The notes beneath the pieces are model-generated. The model searched no databases. It was given only the letters and a program-made list of their open reading frames with translations, and was not told where the DNA came from. A stretch of DNA of 64,000 nt from Octopus bimaculoides. Its lineage: Eukaryota. This document shows positions 12,500 through 25,875 of this stretch, in pieces; position 1 is the first letter of the stretch, and every line of letters begins with the position of its first letter. The stretch is taken from the NCBI RefSeq assembly GCF_001194135.2, contig NC_068981.1:88760040-88824039 (forward strand), read 5' to 3'. The translations under genes were made by a program, and so were the position numbers.

Positions 12500-14214
12500 T
12501 TCACACATATATACACATAGGCTAGATAGATACACATACACGCACATACACACGCACACAGACACAGACACAGACACAGACACACACACACACACGCACA
12601 TATATACACACACATTAACTTTATGTTACTTAAAAAATGTCTGCGATATACTTCAACTTCTAAAGACAAAATCACTGGAGAAAAAAATTCTTTTTCATGG
12701 TTAAAGGTGTAAAAACAGCATACAGTAGTAAGCTTCCCTAATGGGAGTCTTCGAAAAAGATTCCAATATTTTCGTGTGAAAGTCCGGATTATACAAAACA
12801 TTTCTGTTCAACGTCAGGGAAATACTGTAATCATTTTGTTAACAACGCATCACTTTATTCGTCAATCTCTGGTGCGTAATCCCTATCAAATCAAATATAT
12901 ATATTTATTTGATCTTACATTAACTACACTCACCTCTTGTTATTCATTAACACACACGCAAATTTCCTCTGGTTTAAATCATTGACCTGACACTTATACG
13001 ATCTCTGTCAGAAAGGCCATATTTAACCACCTGAAAACAAGCTCCAATCAGATTATACGAAGCAATGTTGACATTGACGATCGATATTTGTGATTAATGT
13101 TCGCGAGAACACGAAATTATCGATAATTTTTATCAACCCTAACAGTTTAGGTAATGAATATTCTACTTCTTGGTTAACTACCTAAATACTATTGCTAGAT
13201 GATCTGTTGTATCGCTTGTCCATTGACAGCAATCAGATCAAAGGTGTTTTTAGAACCATACTTGTTGACCCTTGTTTTGGTCCAAATCCAACAGGAATTT
13301 AAGATACCATTTAATTCAATCCTTAAACACTTTAGATGAAGTTACATTAGATACCCATAGCGATTCGTTGTCCAACTCAAATAAGAGAGTTAAAAGAATT
13401 GTGACTTCACCACTATCACATACATCAATAACAACTAATTTAGCCATGAAATGTAGGAAAACCGGTCTGGTTTAGGGGATACAACATAGTCTGAAAATCA
13501 ATAGTATTCTTTTTTTGTATGTGCTGAACTTATGTTTAACTGCTTACATTTTTTCCCACAAGCTTTGAGAATAGTAATAATACCGGGCAATTAGTGAATT
13601 GGCGCTTCTACAGGATATTTTTCTAGGGTCAAAAATTGGCAAAGCAAAAGCTGATATTGCAAACAGAAGCTTCACTTTGGAGAAAGGGTTTAGGTTAAAA
13701 TAAAAGTAAAAGCGGAATGTGAGGATTATGTATTTTACTGATTTAGATTTAAAAAATAAGCAGGAATAATTTTACTTGTTAGAGTAAATATTGCAGTAGT
13801 TCATGAATGATTGTAATCAACACAGGTGGTGGAAATTTGAAGTGTGATGTTTTGTACATAAAGCAGATAAAATTTTACATTGAACTCATTTCATAATATG
13901 CTTTAAAGTAGTTTCTGCAGCGTCTCAGATATTTGAATATTATAACAGCGTGCCTCGGTTTTTTTTAGTTTCAGCCAATTTAAAACATTCCCAAGTACCA
14001 ACTGATTAGTAGCATTGGTCTAGACACACAAAGATGTTCGTTTGCAATACAAAACTAGAATTAGACAATTTTAGCGACCGATATCTATTATAACTATAAT
14101 TAAAACATTCTAGCATTGTTCCATTGTCCCTGATTTATATTATCTCAGTATTCTATTACATTCTTTTTCATCGTTATCCTGGCTTGTGTGGATATCTCTG
14201 GTTTGTGTGGATAT

Positions 14215-15530
14215 CTGGTAAGCTATCCCTCTAAACTCCTTAAGATGACCTAACCATTGCCCGTATGTTAGTCCATGGACTCCTACTCGATTTTGACCTG
14301 GTGGATTTTCGTGCTCAAATTTCTGGGTATATTCCTTTAAATATCTGAAGCTGTTAGAGGATATTTAGTGTACCCAAATATATTATAGCTTCTATATCGA
14401 CTACATCTTTCATCTGTACATAGAGAATTTTGCTGTTCATTTGAACAACTACTATTCAATAGTTATCAGATGATGCCATCTAATTGAATAGTTGTCAAAT
14501 GATGCCACATTTCTCTTTCTTATCCTTCGTTACATAGATAACAACTACACGCAACCAAGACACCCAATGCCGGATTTGAACTACTTCTGTAAATAGAGAT
14601 TTTGGAAACATTATTGAATAAGATGAGACCACATCTGCTTAGTTTTTGACAGCACATATATCAAGGAAACAAACTCTCTAGCTTGTGTTCGCAAAACTTA
14701 CCTAAACAATCATGTGTTTGTACTCTTTTTCTGATAGCTTACTGCACTTACTTAAAAAATGGTTAAAGCCTCCGTCCTCATTTCCACGTATTCTGTTTTT
14801 ACTCGCTGACTGAAATCTATCAATCATTGTTTTTTTTTAAAAGAATTATTCTAATGGCTTGTTTCTGAGCGGCTGAAATCAACGATTCAGTTTCTCACTT
14901 CAGGTTTCCATCTGTTAGCCGCGACCAGCATTCATCAATTTCAGCATCCGTGGTTTGTTTGCATGAATTGGACATGTAATTTATTCTCTTTCCATTGAAT
15001 TATCTAACTGTTACTGTGACTTCTTCAATATTTCTGGTCATGGATAATATTATTTCTTCAGCTCCGATTTCGCCATGCCGATGTTGTCTTCTGCATTTAC
15101 CAACCCTATACTTCCTTTTCTTCTTGACAAGTAGGACCTATCGATATTAATTTAATGGTGGTGTACGTCATGCATTGTACGCAGCATTTAAGTTCTTTTA
15201 CCCAATTCCTGTAACTCTGTTTTTGTACATTTTGAAACATAGTAGAAACTCAAAAATAGCGTGGCCCTCCTATTGATTGCCTTGATGAAATTACAGTTAT
15301 TTTTGTTTCGAGCAATTTCCCATCCTTCCCTTGTGCTCTCCGAAGACATTTCTCTCATTTCTGTTCCCATTACCATATCATTCTATTTCACTCACAAATT
15401 GAATACCAATACTCTTGCCAAATATCCTTACTGTTTGGACAAGAGAATCCAAATCTTTTTTTCCTTTTTGGCGTATAGAATGCAATCAGTCACACATTGC
15501 AGATGTTTATTTTGTTTATCATAGTAACAA
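14215..15530 (-). mobile_element. Decayed R4/Dong-like (RLE-clade) LINE, from RT to C-terminus
   Basis: KDLDSLVQTVRIFGKSIGIQF, FIKAINRRA..TKTELQELGKRT, LTDGNLK*ETESLISAAQKQAIR, CCHC remnant NHFLSKCSKLSEKEYK, RLE tail ..VILRSLE. Confidence 0.72.
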
Positions 15531-16022
15531 CAAGCTCATAGATAGGTCTGTATTTTCTTAGTATGCCTCTCAGAGGTATTAACACAAACAAGAAAAGTAA
15601 CAGAGAGAGTAAATGAGTAAATCTCCCAGTAATCTCCCCTTCCGTAGTTTTACATTTTTACATGATTCGCTTCGACATTTTAGCTCTACATCCGATGATG
15701 CTTTTATCTAAAAAAAAAGAACTGCTTATCTTCTTCTTCTTCTTCTTCTTCTTCTTCTTCTTCTTCTTCTTCTTCTTCTTCTTNNNNNNNNNNNNNNNNN
15801 NNNNNNNNNNNNNNNNNNNNNNNNNNNNNNNNNNNNNNNNNNNNNNNNNNNNNNNNNNNNNNNNNNNNNNNNNNNNNNNNNNNNNNNNNNNNNNNNNNNN
15901 NNNNNNNNNNNNNNNNNNNNNNNNNNNNNNNNNNNNNNNNNNNNNNNNNNNNNNNNNNNNNNNNNNNNNNNNNNNNNNNNNNNNNNNNNNNNNNNNNNNN
16001 NNNNNNNNNNNNNNNNNNNNNN

Positions 16023-16076
<54 letters not shown>

Positions 16077-16538
16077 GAAGGAAAGAGAGAAAGAGAGAAA
16101 TAAAATGACAGAGAAATTAGAAAGAGATTTATCTGAAGAAGAAATGTAACATCTGAGTTGAGAATAATTTGGAAAATATGGTTTATCTGTATTCTTATGA
16201 CTATATTCTCGTGCAGCTAAATAATTATGCATTTTACTTTTAATACGTTTTACAACAAGCATCTATAATGTTTCGTGTATGTCTTACGTGTGACGTCTAC
16301 ATAATGTTCAACCTACATTAAAATTTGCGTTGAAGATTCAAAATTAATTGTTTATGTACATCGATATATGTAAATTTTTGAGATGCTATAATGGCGTTGT
16401 TTTTGTAGACACTGTGTAAATGACAATCGAAATCATGTGATAGCAATTGAATTTCAAATTTCGTTTTCATCTACTTGCAAAATATATGCAAACACACTTC
16501 CATACGTGTGTAGAAATACTATCTTTCCTCTATTCTAT

Positions 16539-16603
<65 letters not shown>

Positions 16604-17600
16604 TCATTCTTTCTTTACTCTTTAATTCTTTCTCTCCTCATATAGATGTATGTGTGTATGTATATATATATGTGTGGGTGTGTGTGAGAGAGAGAGAGAG
16701 ACAGAGAGAGAGACAGAAACAGACAGTGAGCGTGCATATATCTTAATATATATTAACATAAATATTTACAATGTATATTTTCATATGAAATGACACGCGC
16801 ATTCATTCTTGCCCTATATATANNNNNNNNNNNNNNNNNNNNNNNNNNNNNNNNNNNNNNNNNNNNNNNNNNNNNNNNNNNNNNNNNNNNNNNNNNNNNN
16901 NNNNNNNNNNNNNNNNNNNNNNNNNNNNNNNNNNNNNNNNNNNNNNNNNNNNNNNNNNNNNNNNNNNNNNNNNNNNNNNNNNNNNNNNNNNNNNNNNNNN
17001 NNNNNNNNNNNNNNNNNNNNNNNNNNNNNNNNNNNNNNNNNNNNNNNNNNNNNNNNNNNNNNNNNNNNNNNNNNNNNNNNNNNNNNNNNNNNNNNNNNNN
17101 NNNNNNNNNNNNNNNNNNNNNNNNNNNNNNNNNNNNNNNNNNNNNNNNNNNNNNNNNNNNNNNNNNNNNNNNNNNNNNNNNNNNNNNNNNNNNNNNNNNN
17201 NNNNNNNNNNNNNNNNNNNNNNNNNNNNNNNNNNNNNNNNNNNNNNNNNNNNNNNNNNNNNNNNNNNNNNNNNNNNNNNNNNNNNNNNNNNNNNNNNNNN
17301 NNNNNNNNNNNNNNNNNNNNNNNNNNNNNNNNNNNNNNNNNNNNNNNNNNNNNNNNNNNNNNNNNNNNNNNNNNNNNNNNNNNNNNNNNNNNNNNNNNNN
17401 NNNNNNNNNNNNNNNNNNNNNNNNNNNNNNNNNNNNNNNNNNNNNNNNNNNNNNNNNNNNNNNNNNNNNNNNNNNNNNNNNNNNNNNNNNNNNNNNNNNN
17501 NNNNNNNNNNNNNNNNNNNNNNNNNNNNNNNNNNNNNNNNNNNNNNNNNNNNNNNATATATATACATATACACATGTATGTATGTATGTATGTATGTATA

Positions 17601-18077
17601 TAAGCAATAATTATAACGATAGAGAGTAGGGGGACTGGTACATCCTCAACATTTACTTCGTCTTATTTTAAAATGTCATACAGCATATTTTTATGGTTAC
17701 AATGACCTACACGTGTTTCTACTGCCTAGAGTATGAACAGAGTACGGTTGCATATGCAACCGGGCATAATTTTCTGTGCAGCTCACTTCGAGCCAAGCTG
17801 GTTGAAAGACCTTGAATGAAGCTGCACAGAAAATTATTCCCGGTTGTAGCTTCGTTCAGGGTCTTTGAACCAGCTTAGCTAAATGTGAATTGAATTCAGG
17901 TAGCTGCACAGAAAACTATGCCCTGTTGCATATGCAACTGCCTGTGCTCTGTGTAGTGGAAACACGTGTCGGTCGTCGTAACCATAAAAATATGCTTTAT
18001 GACATTATAAAATAAAAGGAAATGGATGTTGAGGATGTGCCAGTATCCATATTCTCTATCGTTATAATTATTGCTTA
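17601..18077. mobile_element. Foldback/MITE-like element, long TIRs with nested internal inverted repeats
   Basis: TAAGCAATAATTATAACGATAGAGA ... TCTCTATCGTTATAATTATTGCTTA; arms of about 180 bp; TA on both sides. Confidence 0.85.
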
Positions 18078-18144
18078 TATATACTTTAGATAATATTACC
18101 ATCCAGTGATGGTAGGAATTTACATCGGAGGAATTTACAGCATG

Positions 18145-18240
18145 ACAACTTCGGTGGAATTTGAACTCAGAACATAAAGATATACGAAATACTGCTAAGC
18201 ATTTCGCCCGGCGTGCTAATGTTTCTGCCAGCTCGCCACC
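18145..18240 (-). mobile_element. SINE family B head
   Basis: Reverse complement of GGCGAGCTGGCAGAAACATTAGCACGCCGGGCGAAATGCTTAGCAGTATTTCG..TGAGTTCAAATTCC. Confidence 0.85.
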
Positions 18241-18840
18241 TTGAGAAGGGGAATACTTAAGGACAAATGCTTCGAGATCTACAGCGCTTATACCTTGATT
18301 AGACATTGTCTTTTATACCTATAGTTGACGGTATAAATTTAAAATTATGTATCCTTCATCAATTTGAAATTTCTCTCTGAATTGGCGAAAGAACAAAAGT
18401 CTAGTGCTATTTGTTTGCAACACTGAGAGGAAATAATTTTAAATATTAAAAGTAAATCTAAGTTAATCAGTCTTAGGGGCAAGTCTGATCTTTCTTTTCA
18501 GATAAGGGATAACTATAGACATCTTTTTGTTTACTACTTTTTAGAAGCATAGACTTCTCAAATGTGCCTAATCATTTTTCTAAGAATTTTTCATACAGAA
18601 ACAGAATTCTGAATTTGTTTTGACCAGTAATAACTTGGTAACGTTAAATGTATTTATAAAATACTTCTCTTACAAAACAAAACAGTGAAAACAAGTAACT
18701 AAACGTAAAAAGACTTCAACTATGGAGTCAAGATTTCGTAAATGCTACTTTGGTATTAGATAAATAAATACCAAAATTATTTACTGACTACTATTTTGCG
18801 ATTAGATAACTAAATTGTATAATCAAATTGTAAACCAGAA

Positions 18841-18984
18841 TACCAACTGGTATTTATTTTATCGACCCCGAAAGAATGAAAGGCAAAATCTACCTCAACG
18901 GAATTTGAACTCGGAACATAAAGACAAACGAAATGCCGCTAAGCATTTTACCCAGTTTGCTAACGATTCTACCAGCTCGTTGCC
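18841..18984 (-). mobile_element. SINE family B (head and core)
   Basis: Family head plus core TTGCCTTTCATTCTTTCGGGGTCGATAAAAT on the minus strand. Confidence 0.85.
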
Positions 18985-19942
18985 TTAGAGATATTCATAA
19001 TATTCCATTGAATAGAGGCCAACATTTTGTTTCCTTTCTAGATATCGTTAATATTGCTGAGAAAACATGGGCTTAAAAGATCTCAATCGTCTTCTCTAAA
19101 ACAACTTAAAAGCGTGCTTCTTACGTCCCTGTTATATCCATAACTCATGAATTCGCTCGTAAGAGCATCAATTATTGTAAAGCAGTGTGTCTAATGCAAG
19201 ATAGTCGAATGAAACTCAACACTTTCTGAGCCCTACGAGTAGGAAAATTTGGGCTTAGCACTTCTATTTAATGAATTAATCGTCATTTATGTAGTGCATT
19301 CCGGCACTCATAGTAAACGAAAGTGTAATATCTCTCTTAGTTATTAGATGAACCGAAATACGGTCGTTAAGATCATTTATTGATTAGAAAATCTTATGAA
19401 GAAAAATAAGTACAGGATGGCTGATGATTCTGACAAACCATTAAATAATGACAGCAATTATGTTAATTAAAAAGATGGTTAGCAATTATGCGTATATTCT
19501 GGGTTCCTTTCAGGAGGTTACAGGATATAGTCCCATAACTTTAGAATGCTGAAACTCTTGATTTGAACAACGATCTGTTTTACATGTAATCTTGCTTTAA
19601 AACAATTGGATCATATAAGAAATTTGAAACCAGATACTAAGAGGAGTGTAGTTTAACGCTGTAAACATTAGGATAACATACAAAATATTCATTGACTTGA
19701 ATTTCTATGCCCGATTCTTATTTTGTGTGTAATTGGAAGAGTCACTCTTCTGAAATTGAAAGAAATAATCACCCATTAATGTGATGATCTGATTAGAAAA
19801 GGTCAATAAATTGACTATATTCATAACACTTTCATGAGATAGTTATTGATTGATAGATTTTTTAAAGACAAATATAACTGAAAATGTTCATTGATGTCCG
19901 TTATAACGTAAAAGACCATAAAGATAACAGAAAAACAGAAAA

Positions 19943-20142
19943 GGTAGCGTGCTACACTAAACGTTTTACAGCATTAAGTTTATATTTAACTTCTGCGTTC
20001 AAATTCCGACAGAGTCGACTTTGCCCTTCTATCTTTCGGGGTCGATATATTAAATACTAGTTGAATATTAGTGTCCATGTTATCGACTTCCCCAACCCCC
20101 TCCTAAATTTCAGGCCTTGTATCTCTATTTCAAAGGACTATT
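19943..20142 (+). mobile_element. SINE family B, tail type 2
   Basis: GTTCAAATTCCGACAGAGTCGACTTTGCCTTCTATCTTTCGGGGTCGAT..AAATTTCAGGCCTTG. Confidence 0.78.
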
Positions 20143-21007
20143 CAGAGCTTGAGAAATGTCAGCATGTCAGCATTCGATACAATTGGCTATAGTCAGCACT
20201 TGAAGATTCATAAGCCTTGCCCTAAAGAAAAATTTCAATATTAAACTATGTAACGAAGAAGAGATACACTCGCTGCTAATAGATCCTGGGATTACTTATT
20301 TATTTTCCAATGAAATTCATCAAATATTAGAAAAATGTCAAATCGATAAAGTTTCTCAGGACTGTGGATGCGGATATTATCTGGAAAACTAGTTAATTTT
20401 TTACTGAAAACACCTAACAAAAGAACTCAATACTTTAAGGAGAATCATCTAATGAGTATTAAGGCTGAGTGAACTGAGATTACATTGACGATCGTTTAAT
20501 TAATCGAAAAGCTGTAAGAGATGATAAAGTTTAAAAAGAAAGAACTAGGTGTTCTGCATTTTGTAAAAAAAAAAAAAAAAAAAGGAAGGGCTATTTTCTG
20601 CTTCTAACGTGGACATAACAATTAAGTTCATACAACCGTTTGCAAAGAAATAACAACTGGAAGCATACAATTGTTTCATACATATAAAATATGGAAAGCA
20701 TATAATGGTGGTGTTTATTTATTTATTCATAAACCATGCATATATGTAGCTGTAAATTCAAAAGAAACCATGCATATATGTAGCTATAAATTCAAATGAA
20801 AACTTCATATATATAAACACATACAGACATAAGGCAACAACAGATACAAAACTGAATGCAGACTAAAGACTCAATATTTATTAATCGCAGCCGATGACTC
20901 ACTTCTCTATTGCCCGTCTCTAAACACCCGTCACGTGTACTTTTGATCGGATATAAGAAATAAGACTACACAATAACTAGCTGCATCCTCATTTGTATCT
21001 TAATATG

Positions 21008-21054
<47 letters not shown>

Positions 21055-21379
21055 NNNNNNNNNNNNNNNNNNNNNNNNNNNNNNNNNNNNNNNNNNNNNN
21101 NNNNNNNNNNNNNNNNNNNNNNNNNNNNNNNNNNNNNNNNNNNNNNNNNNNNNNNNNNNNNNNNNNNNNNNNNNNNNNNNNNNNNNNNNNNNNNNNNNNN
21201 NNNNNNNNNNNNNNNNNNNNNNNNNNNNNNNNNNNNNNNNNNNNNNNNNNNNNNNNNNNNNNNNNNNNNNNNNNNNNNNNNNNNNNNNNNNNNNNNNNNN
21301 NNNNNNNNNNNNNNNNNNNNNNNNNNNNNNNNNNNNNNNNNNNNNNNNNNNNNACAATACACACACACACATGCACATA

Positions 21380-21945
21380 TATATTTTTTCTTTGCTTGTG
21401 AATTAAGGCTACCATTCGTTTCATGTCAAGAAAAGTTGGAAAATATCCTGTTCGCCTTCATTTTGCAAAGCACAGCCTCATTTAGTTCGCGAAGATTCTC
21501 TTGAATTCACGGGAATAAAACAATGAATTAATGAATCAAGGGACGTTACTTTTGGTTGACGTCTTATGGATGTTTGTCTCCTTTGGATTTGTCTTGTGGG
21601 TAAATTGTTGTGTGGTTTAATTTGTTTGCATTATTTTGTTCTTGGTGGGATTACCGTTGCAGATAGTGGCTTTTCTTTGAAATATTTGAATGTAAAATAT
21701 TGCTTGTGTATGCAGAAAGAGAAAGTTTCATCCCTAATGTTTAGCATGTTATCTACTGATTGCATAGTGTTAATGTTTTCAGTAATACTAAGTTCGTACT
21801 TGGTACCTCGTTTTCCGTAATTTTTGGCTTTAGAAAATAACTTTCTATCCTAACTGGTGGTTGCTTATTCCACCGTCTTTCAATATCCATATCATATTTG
21901 ACAGGGATTAATTTTTCTTGATTTTTTTCTCTGAATGACATTAGA
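21380..21945 (-). mobile_element. Inverted copy of the 3' end (EN C-terminus and pLTR) of the adjacent Penelope-like element
   Basis: Reverse complement aligns with ~23300-23998; both encode YDM(D/E)IERRWNKQP and share the terminal CAACTTTTC..ATGGTAGCCTTAATTCACAA. Confidence 0.85.
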
Positions 21946-21989
21946 TTTTATGCACACCTTTCTTTGATTTAGCCGCAAATTTAGCCACA

Positions 21990-23998
21990 AAGTTTAAAAT
22001 ATAAGACAAAGTAAAAAAATCTTATCTCACGAAATCCTTTTATAACTCTGAAAGACAGAAATAACTTCACGCAAAATCATAGCTGCTGATTAATAAATCT
22101 CACAAAAAGCGAAATCGGGATTATTAGTAAATCCATATTAGATCATATTATACGACATATCAGATAATCAAATCTTACTCAAAGGATATGCAGTAGTGCA
22201 ACTATTGAATGGTTTAAGAAAATAGAAGATAAACCCAAATGCAAATTTATAGAATTCGATATCATAGAGTTCTACCCTCGATCTCTATAAGCTTGCTTCA
22301 GAAGGCACTTGAATTTAGTAAGGCATATGTCACTATAACAAATGTTGATATAGATGTAATTATGAACGCAAGGAAGTAATTAATTTTCATGATAATTCCT
22401 ATCAGGTAAAAAAGAATGGATACCAGTTACTTGACGTGGAAATGAGGAGCTATGACGTTGCAGAGATAGATGACCTTGTAGACCTTTATATCCTAGATAC
22501 CCTAAAAAAAAAAAAAGAAATATAGGTTTATATACATAGGTTTATATAGGGATGATGGCCGGGGAGTAGTATATAAAAAAACAGACATGATATGGATAGA
22601 ATAAGAAAAAGATATGCAAAGTATTTAACCAATTAGACTGAAGAACCACAATTACTACAAACCTCAATGAAGTCAACTTTCTAGACATTAACATGAATCT
22701 TAACAACCCTACCACAAACCAAATGAGGAAGCCTCGTCCACCATCCACCCATCAGCAGTAATTTAACAAATGGTTAACAACATTAACAGGCGAGTCTCTA
22801 ACTTACCCGCCGACAAAGAGACTTTTGAAAAAGCTGCCTCATATTATAATATTGCATTAGAAAGTCCCAACCTTAAGAATAGCATATACTACATTGAACC
22901 ACATATAAATACACTAAGAAGACGCAGAAGGGGAAAATATTATGGTTTAACCCACGTTATAGCATGAGTGTAGCTATTAACATAGCTAGGAAATTCTTAA
23001 AACTAATAGACAACCACTTTCCACATTCACACACATACCACAAGATTATCAACAGAAATACTGTTACCCCTCAATACAGGGTGAATAATACTCAATCACA
23101 ATAAATATAAACACACCAGAAACACTCCCAAAAGACAATGCAATTGTAGATCCCCAAACCGCTGCCCTCTAAACAACCACTGTCTCGAGAATTAACTCGT
23201 ATACAAAGCCAAGATTATGGATCTCAACAGAATAGCAAAGACGTGTATTGGAATGACGGGCAGCTCGCTCAAGGAAAGATATATACACTGGCGTCATTTA
23301 CAAAAAAATGCAACATCCTTATCAGATATGATATGGAAATTGAACGAAGGTGGAATAAGCAACCAGTAGATAGAATGAGAAGTTATTGCAAAGCCCCAAA
23401 ATACAGAGGACGGAGTATCACATTTGAAGTCTGAATTACTGAAGAATTAAATATTATACAATCAAGAGGTAACATCCTAAACATTTGGGAAGAAATCTTC
23501 TCTTTCGACATGCACAAGCAATATTTTACACTCAAATATTTCAAAGAGCCACTATCTGCAACGGTAATACCACCGTCATAGTCCCTTTCCTAAACGTGAA
23601 ATCTGAACACATATAGCACACAAAGTCCACACACAGAGAAGAAATACGTCTCAATGACGAGCTACCTAAGCACACAAGTATAAGAACACCATGCCCAGAA
23701 CAAGAACAAAATAATGCGAGCAAATTGACCACATATCAGTTTGCCCAAAAGACAGCTCCAACGGAAAGAAACATCCAAAAGATGCCACCCAAAAGTAACG
23801 TCCCTTGATTCATTTATTCATTGTTTTATTCCTGTGAATTCAAGAGAATCTCTAAGAACTAAACGAGGTTGTGTTTTCCAAAACGAAGGCGAACACCTTA
23901 TGGTTGGTTTGAAAAATTATCAAGGATCTAGGATATTTTCCAACTTTTCCTAAGATGAAACCAATGGTAGCCTTAATTCACAAATAAAGAAATTATAT
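21990..23998 (+). mobile_element. Penelope-like retroelement relic: RT, linker and GIY-YIG endonuclease
   Basis: WFKKIEDKPKCKFIEFDIIEFYP (22210), GLYRDDG (22539), NFLDINMNL, IIWFNPRYS, CNCRSPNRCPLNNHCL (23139), VYKA..TCIGMTGSSLKERY; many stops and frameshifts. Confidence 0.9.
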
Positions 23999-24477
23999 CC
24001 ACCAATGCGCTGTTGAGCACTCATTTTGTTCGACATTTGCGCATATATGTGAATATATATATATATATATATANNNNNNNNNNNNNNNNNNNNNNNNNNN
24101 NNNNNNNNNNNNNNNNNNNNNNNNNNNNNNNNNNNNNNNNNNNNNNNNNNNNNNNNNNNNNNNNNNNNNNNNNNNNNNNNNNNNNNNNNNNNNNNNNNNN
24201 NNNNNNNNNNNNNNNNNNNNNNNNNNNNNNNNNNNNNNNNNNNNNNNNNNNNNNNNNNNNNNNNNNNNNNNNNNNNNNNNNNNNNNNNNNNNNNNNNNNN
24301 NNNNNNNNNNNNNNNNNNNNNNNNNNNNNNNNNNNNNNNNNNNNNNNNNNNNNNNNNNNNNNNNNNNNNNNNNNNNNNNNNNNNNNNNNNNNNNNNNNNN
24401 NNNNNNNNNNNNNNNNNNNNNNNNNNNNNNNNNNNNNNNNNNNNNNNNNNNNNNNNNNNNNNNNNNNNNNNNNNNNN

Positions 24478-24512
<35 letters not shown>

Positions 24513-24514
<2 letters not shown>

Positions 24515-24645
24515 TATTCTTTCTGTTGAAGAGCGTAGCTCGAAACGTCAAAGACTTTCCGTATTCCCGAGCGTCATACTAATATATCCTTTTGTTATTT
24601 ACACCACCTGTCCTCGTCTGTTGTTATTATTTGTATATTCTCCCA
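24513..24645 (+). mobile_element. Penelope pLTR fragment inserted in (TA)n
   Basis: Contains an HHR motif and the GAGCGTC..CTAATA motif shared with 28660 and 33835; (TA)n on both sides. Confidence 0.75.
24518..24554 (+). ncRNA. Minimal type I hammerhead ribozyme motif
   Basis: tcttt-CTGTTGA-a-gagc(gta)gctc-GAA-ACGT-C-aaaga: 5 bp stem I, 4 bp stem II, palindromic loopless stem III, GUC site; A6 changed to U. Confidence 0.7.
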
Positions 24646-24717
24646 TATATATATATATATATGAACATTTATTATTTATCGATAAGCCTCACTATATTAG
24701 ACAACACTATACGTCGG

Positions 24718-24930
24718 TGAGCAGGCAGAATCGTTAGCACGCCAGAAAAAAAAAATTCTTAGTGGCATTTATTCCGGTTGCTTACGTTCTGAGTTCGTAT
24801 TTCGTCCATGCTGGTTTTGTCTTTCATCCTTCAGGGTGGAACAAATACCAAGTTAGACTGGGGTCGATAAAATCAGCAACTCCTCTCCGATCAAAATTGT
24901 TGGCTTGTGTCAAAATTTGAAACCATTATA
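24718..24930 (+). mobile_element. SINE family B, tail type 1
   Basis: GAGCAGGCAGAATCGTTAGCACGCC..GTTCTGAGTTCG..AAATTTGAAACCATTAT. Confidence 0.8.
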
Positions 24931-25671
24931 TGTAACAAAAAAGATATAAATAACTCTAATTATTACGATGTATATTTATTGATTGGCCTCCCTTGGCCGT
25001 TATCATTTAGCATTGATCTTTTTTGGAAATTTGAAACACAGATACTTAACTTTCCAGTTAAGGTAACGTTTTTCAAATTGAGACATAAATTTGCATGTTT
25101 GATCTTGTCAGGCGTTGTTGGAATCAAGGTATACACAGTCAACTACTGATCAACACTCATCAGAATTTTGTTTTTGCCTAGGAGTTGTGTTAAACGGCTT
25201 CTTTGGAATCGTAACTGTACTAAATGTTGTTAAACAGATGTTTGTTTAAATATTTTGTCATATTTCTCAATATAATTCTGCCAGGGACATTTGAACTAAT
25301 GAACAGTATTTATTTCTGCTCTATTGATACTTAAACTGTTGTTAGTATTTCCTCTTAAAACAAATCACCTGATCATTCAAAACATAGATAAGTATGCTAT
25401 GATATTATCAGTGAACTAGGAGGGTTGGTTCTGCATGGTTCTAAAAGTAGAAACACATGTTCAAGTTTAAGACACATGATGAAAGAAAAACCCCCAAAAT
25501 ACACACAATGGTGTGTCTGTGCATGTTGTGTTAGTATGTGTATGTATGTGTGCCTGTCTCTCCCTATTATCTCTCTCTATATGTAAACACATACATACAT
25601 ACATGCATACATAGATACGCACGTACATATGTATTTATGCGTGCACAATAATAAATATTACAGACTAGCTG

Positions 25672-25875
25672 AAGGCAGCGATTCGGCATAATCGTTAGCA
25701 CACTGGGCAAAATGCTTAACGGTATTTCGTCCGTGTTTATGTTCTGAGTTCAAATTACGGAAAGGACAACTTTTCTTTTTATTATTTCGGAGTCGATAAA
25801 ATAAGCATCGGTTGAAAACAGAGGTCCATGTAATCGACTTACCACGCTGGCTTCGTGTCAAAATTTGAAACAACA
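25672..25875 (+). mobile_element. SINE family B, tail type 1
   Basis: AATCGTTAGCACACTGGGCAAAATGCTTAACGGTATTTCGTCC..AAATTTGAAAC. Confidence 0.82.

Noticed and set aside
14150-14350. Minus-strand open frame FRYLKEYTQKFEHENPPGQNRVGVHGLTYGQWLGHLKEF, superficially sulfotransferase-like
   Set aside because: A different frame of the same bases encodes the C-terminus of the R4-like LINE, so the open frame is probably coincidental
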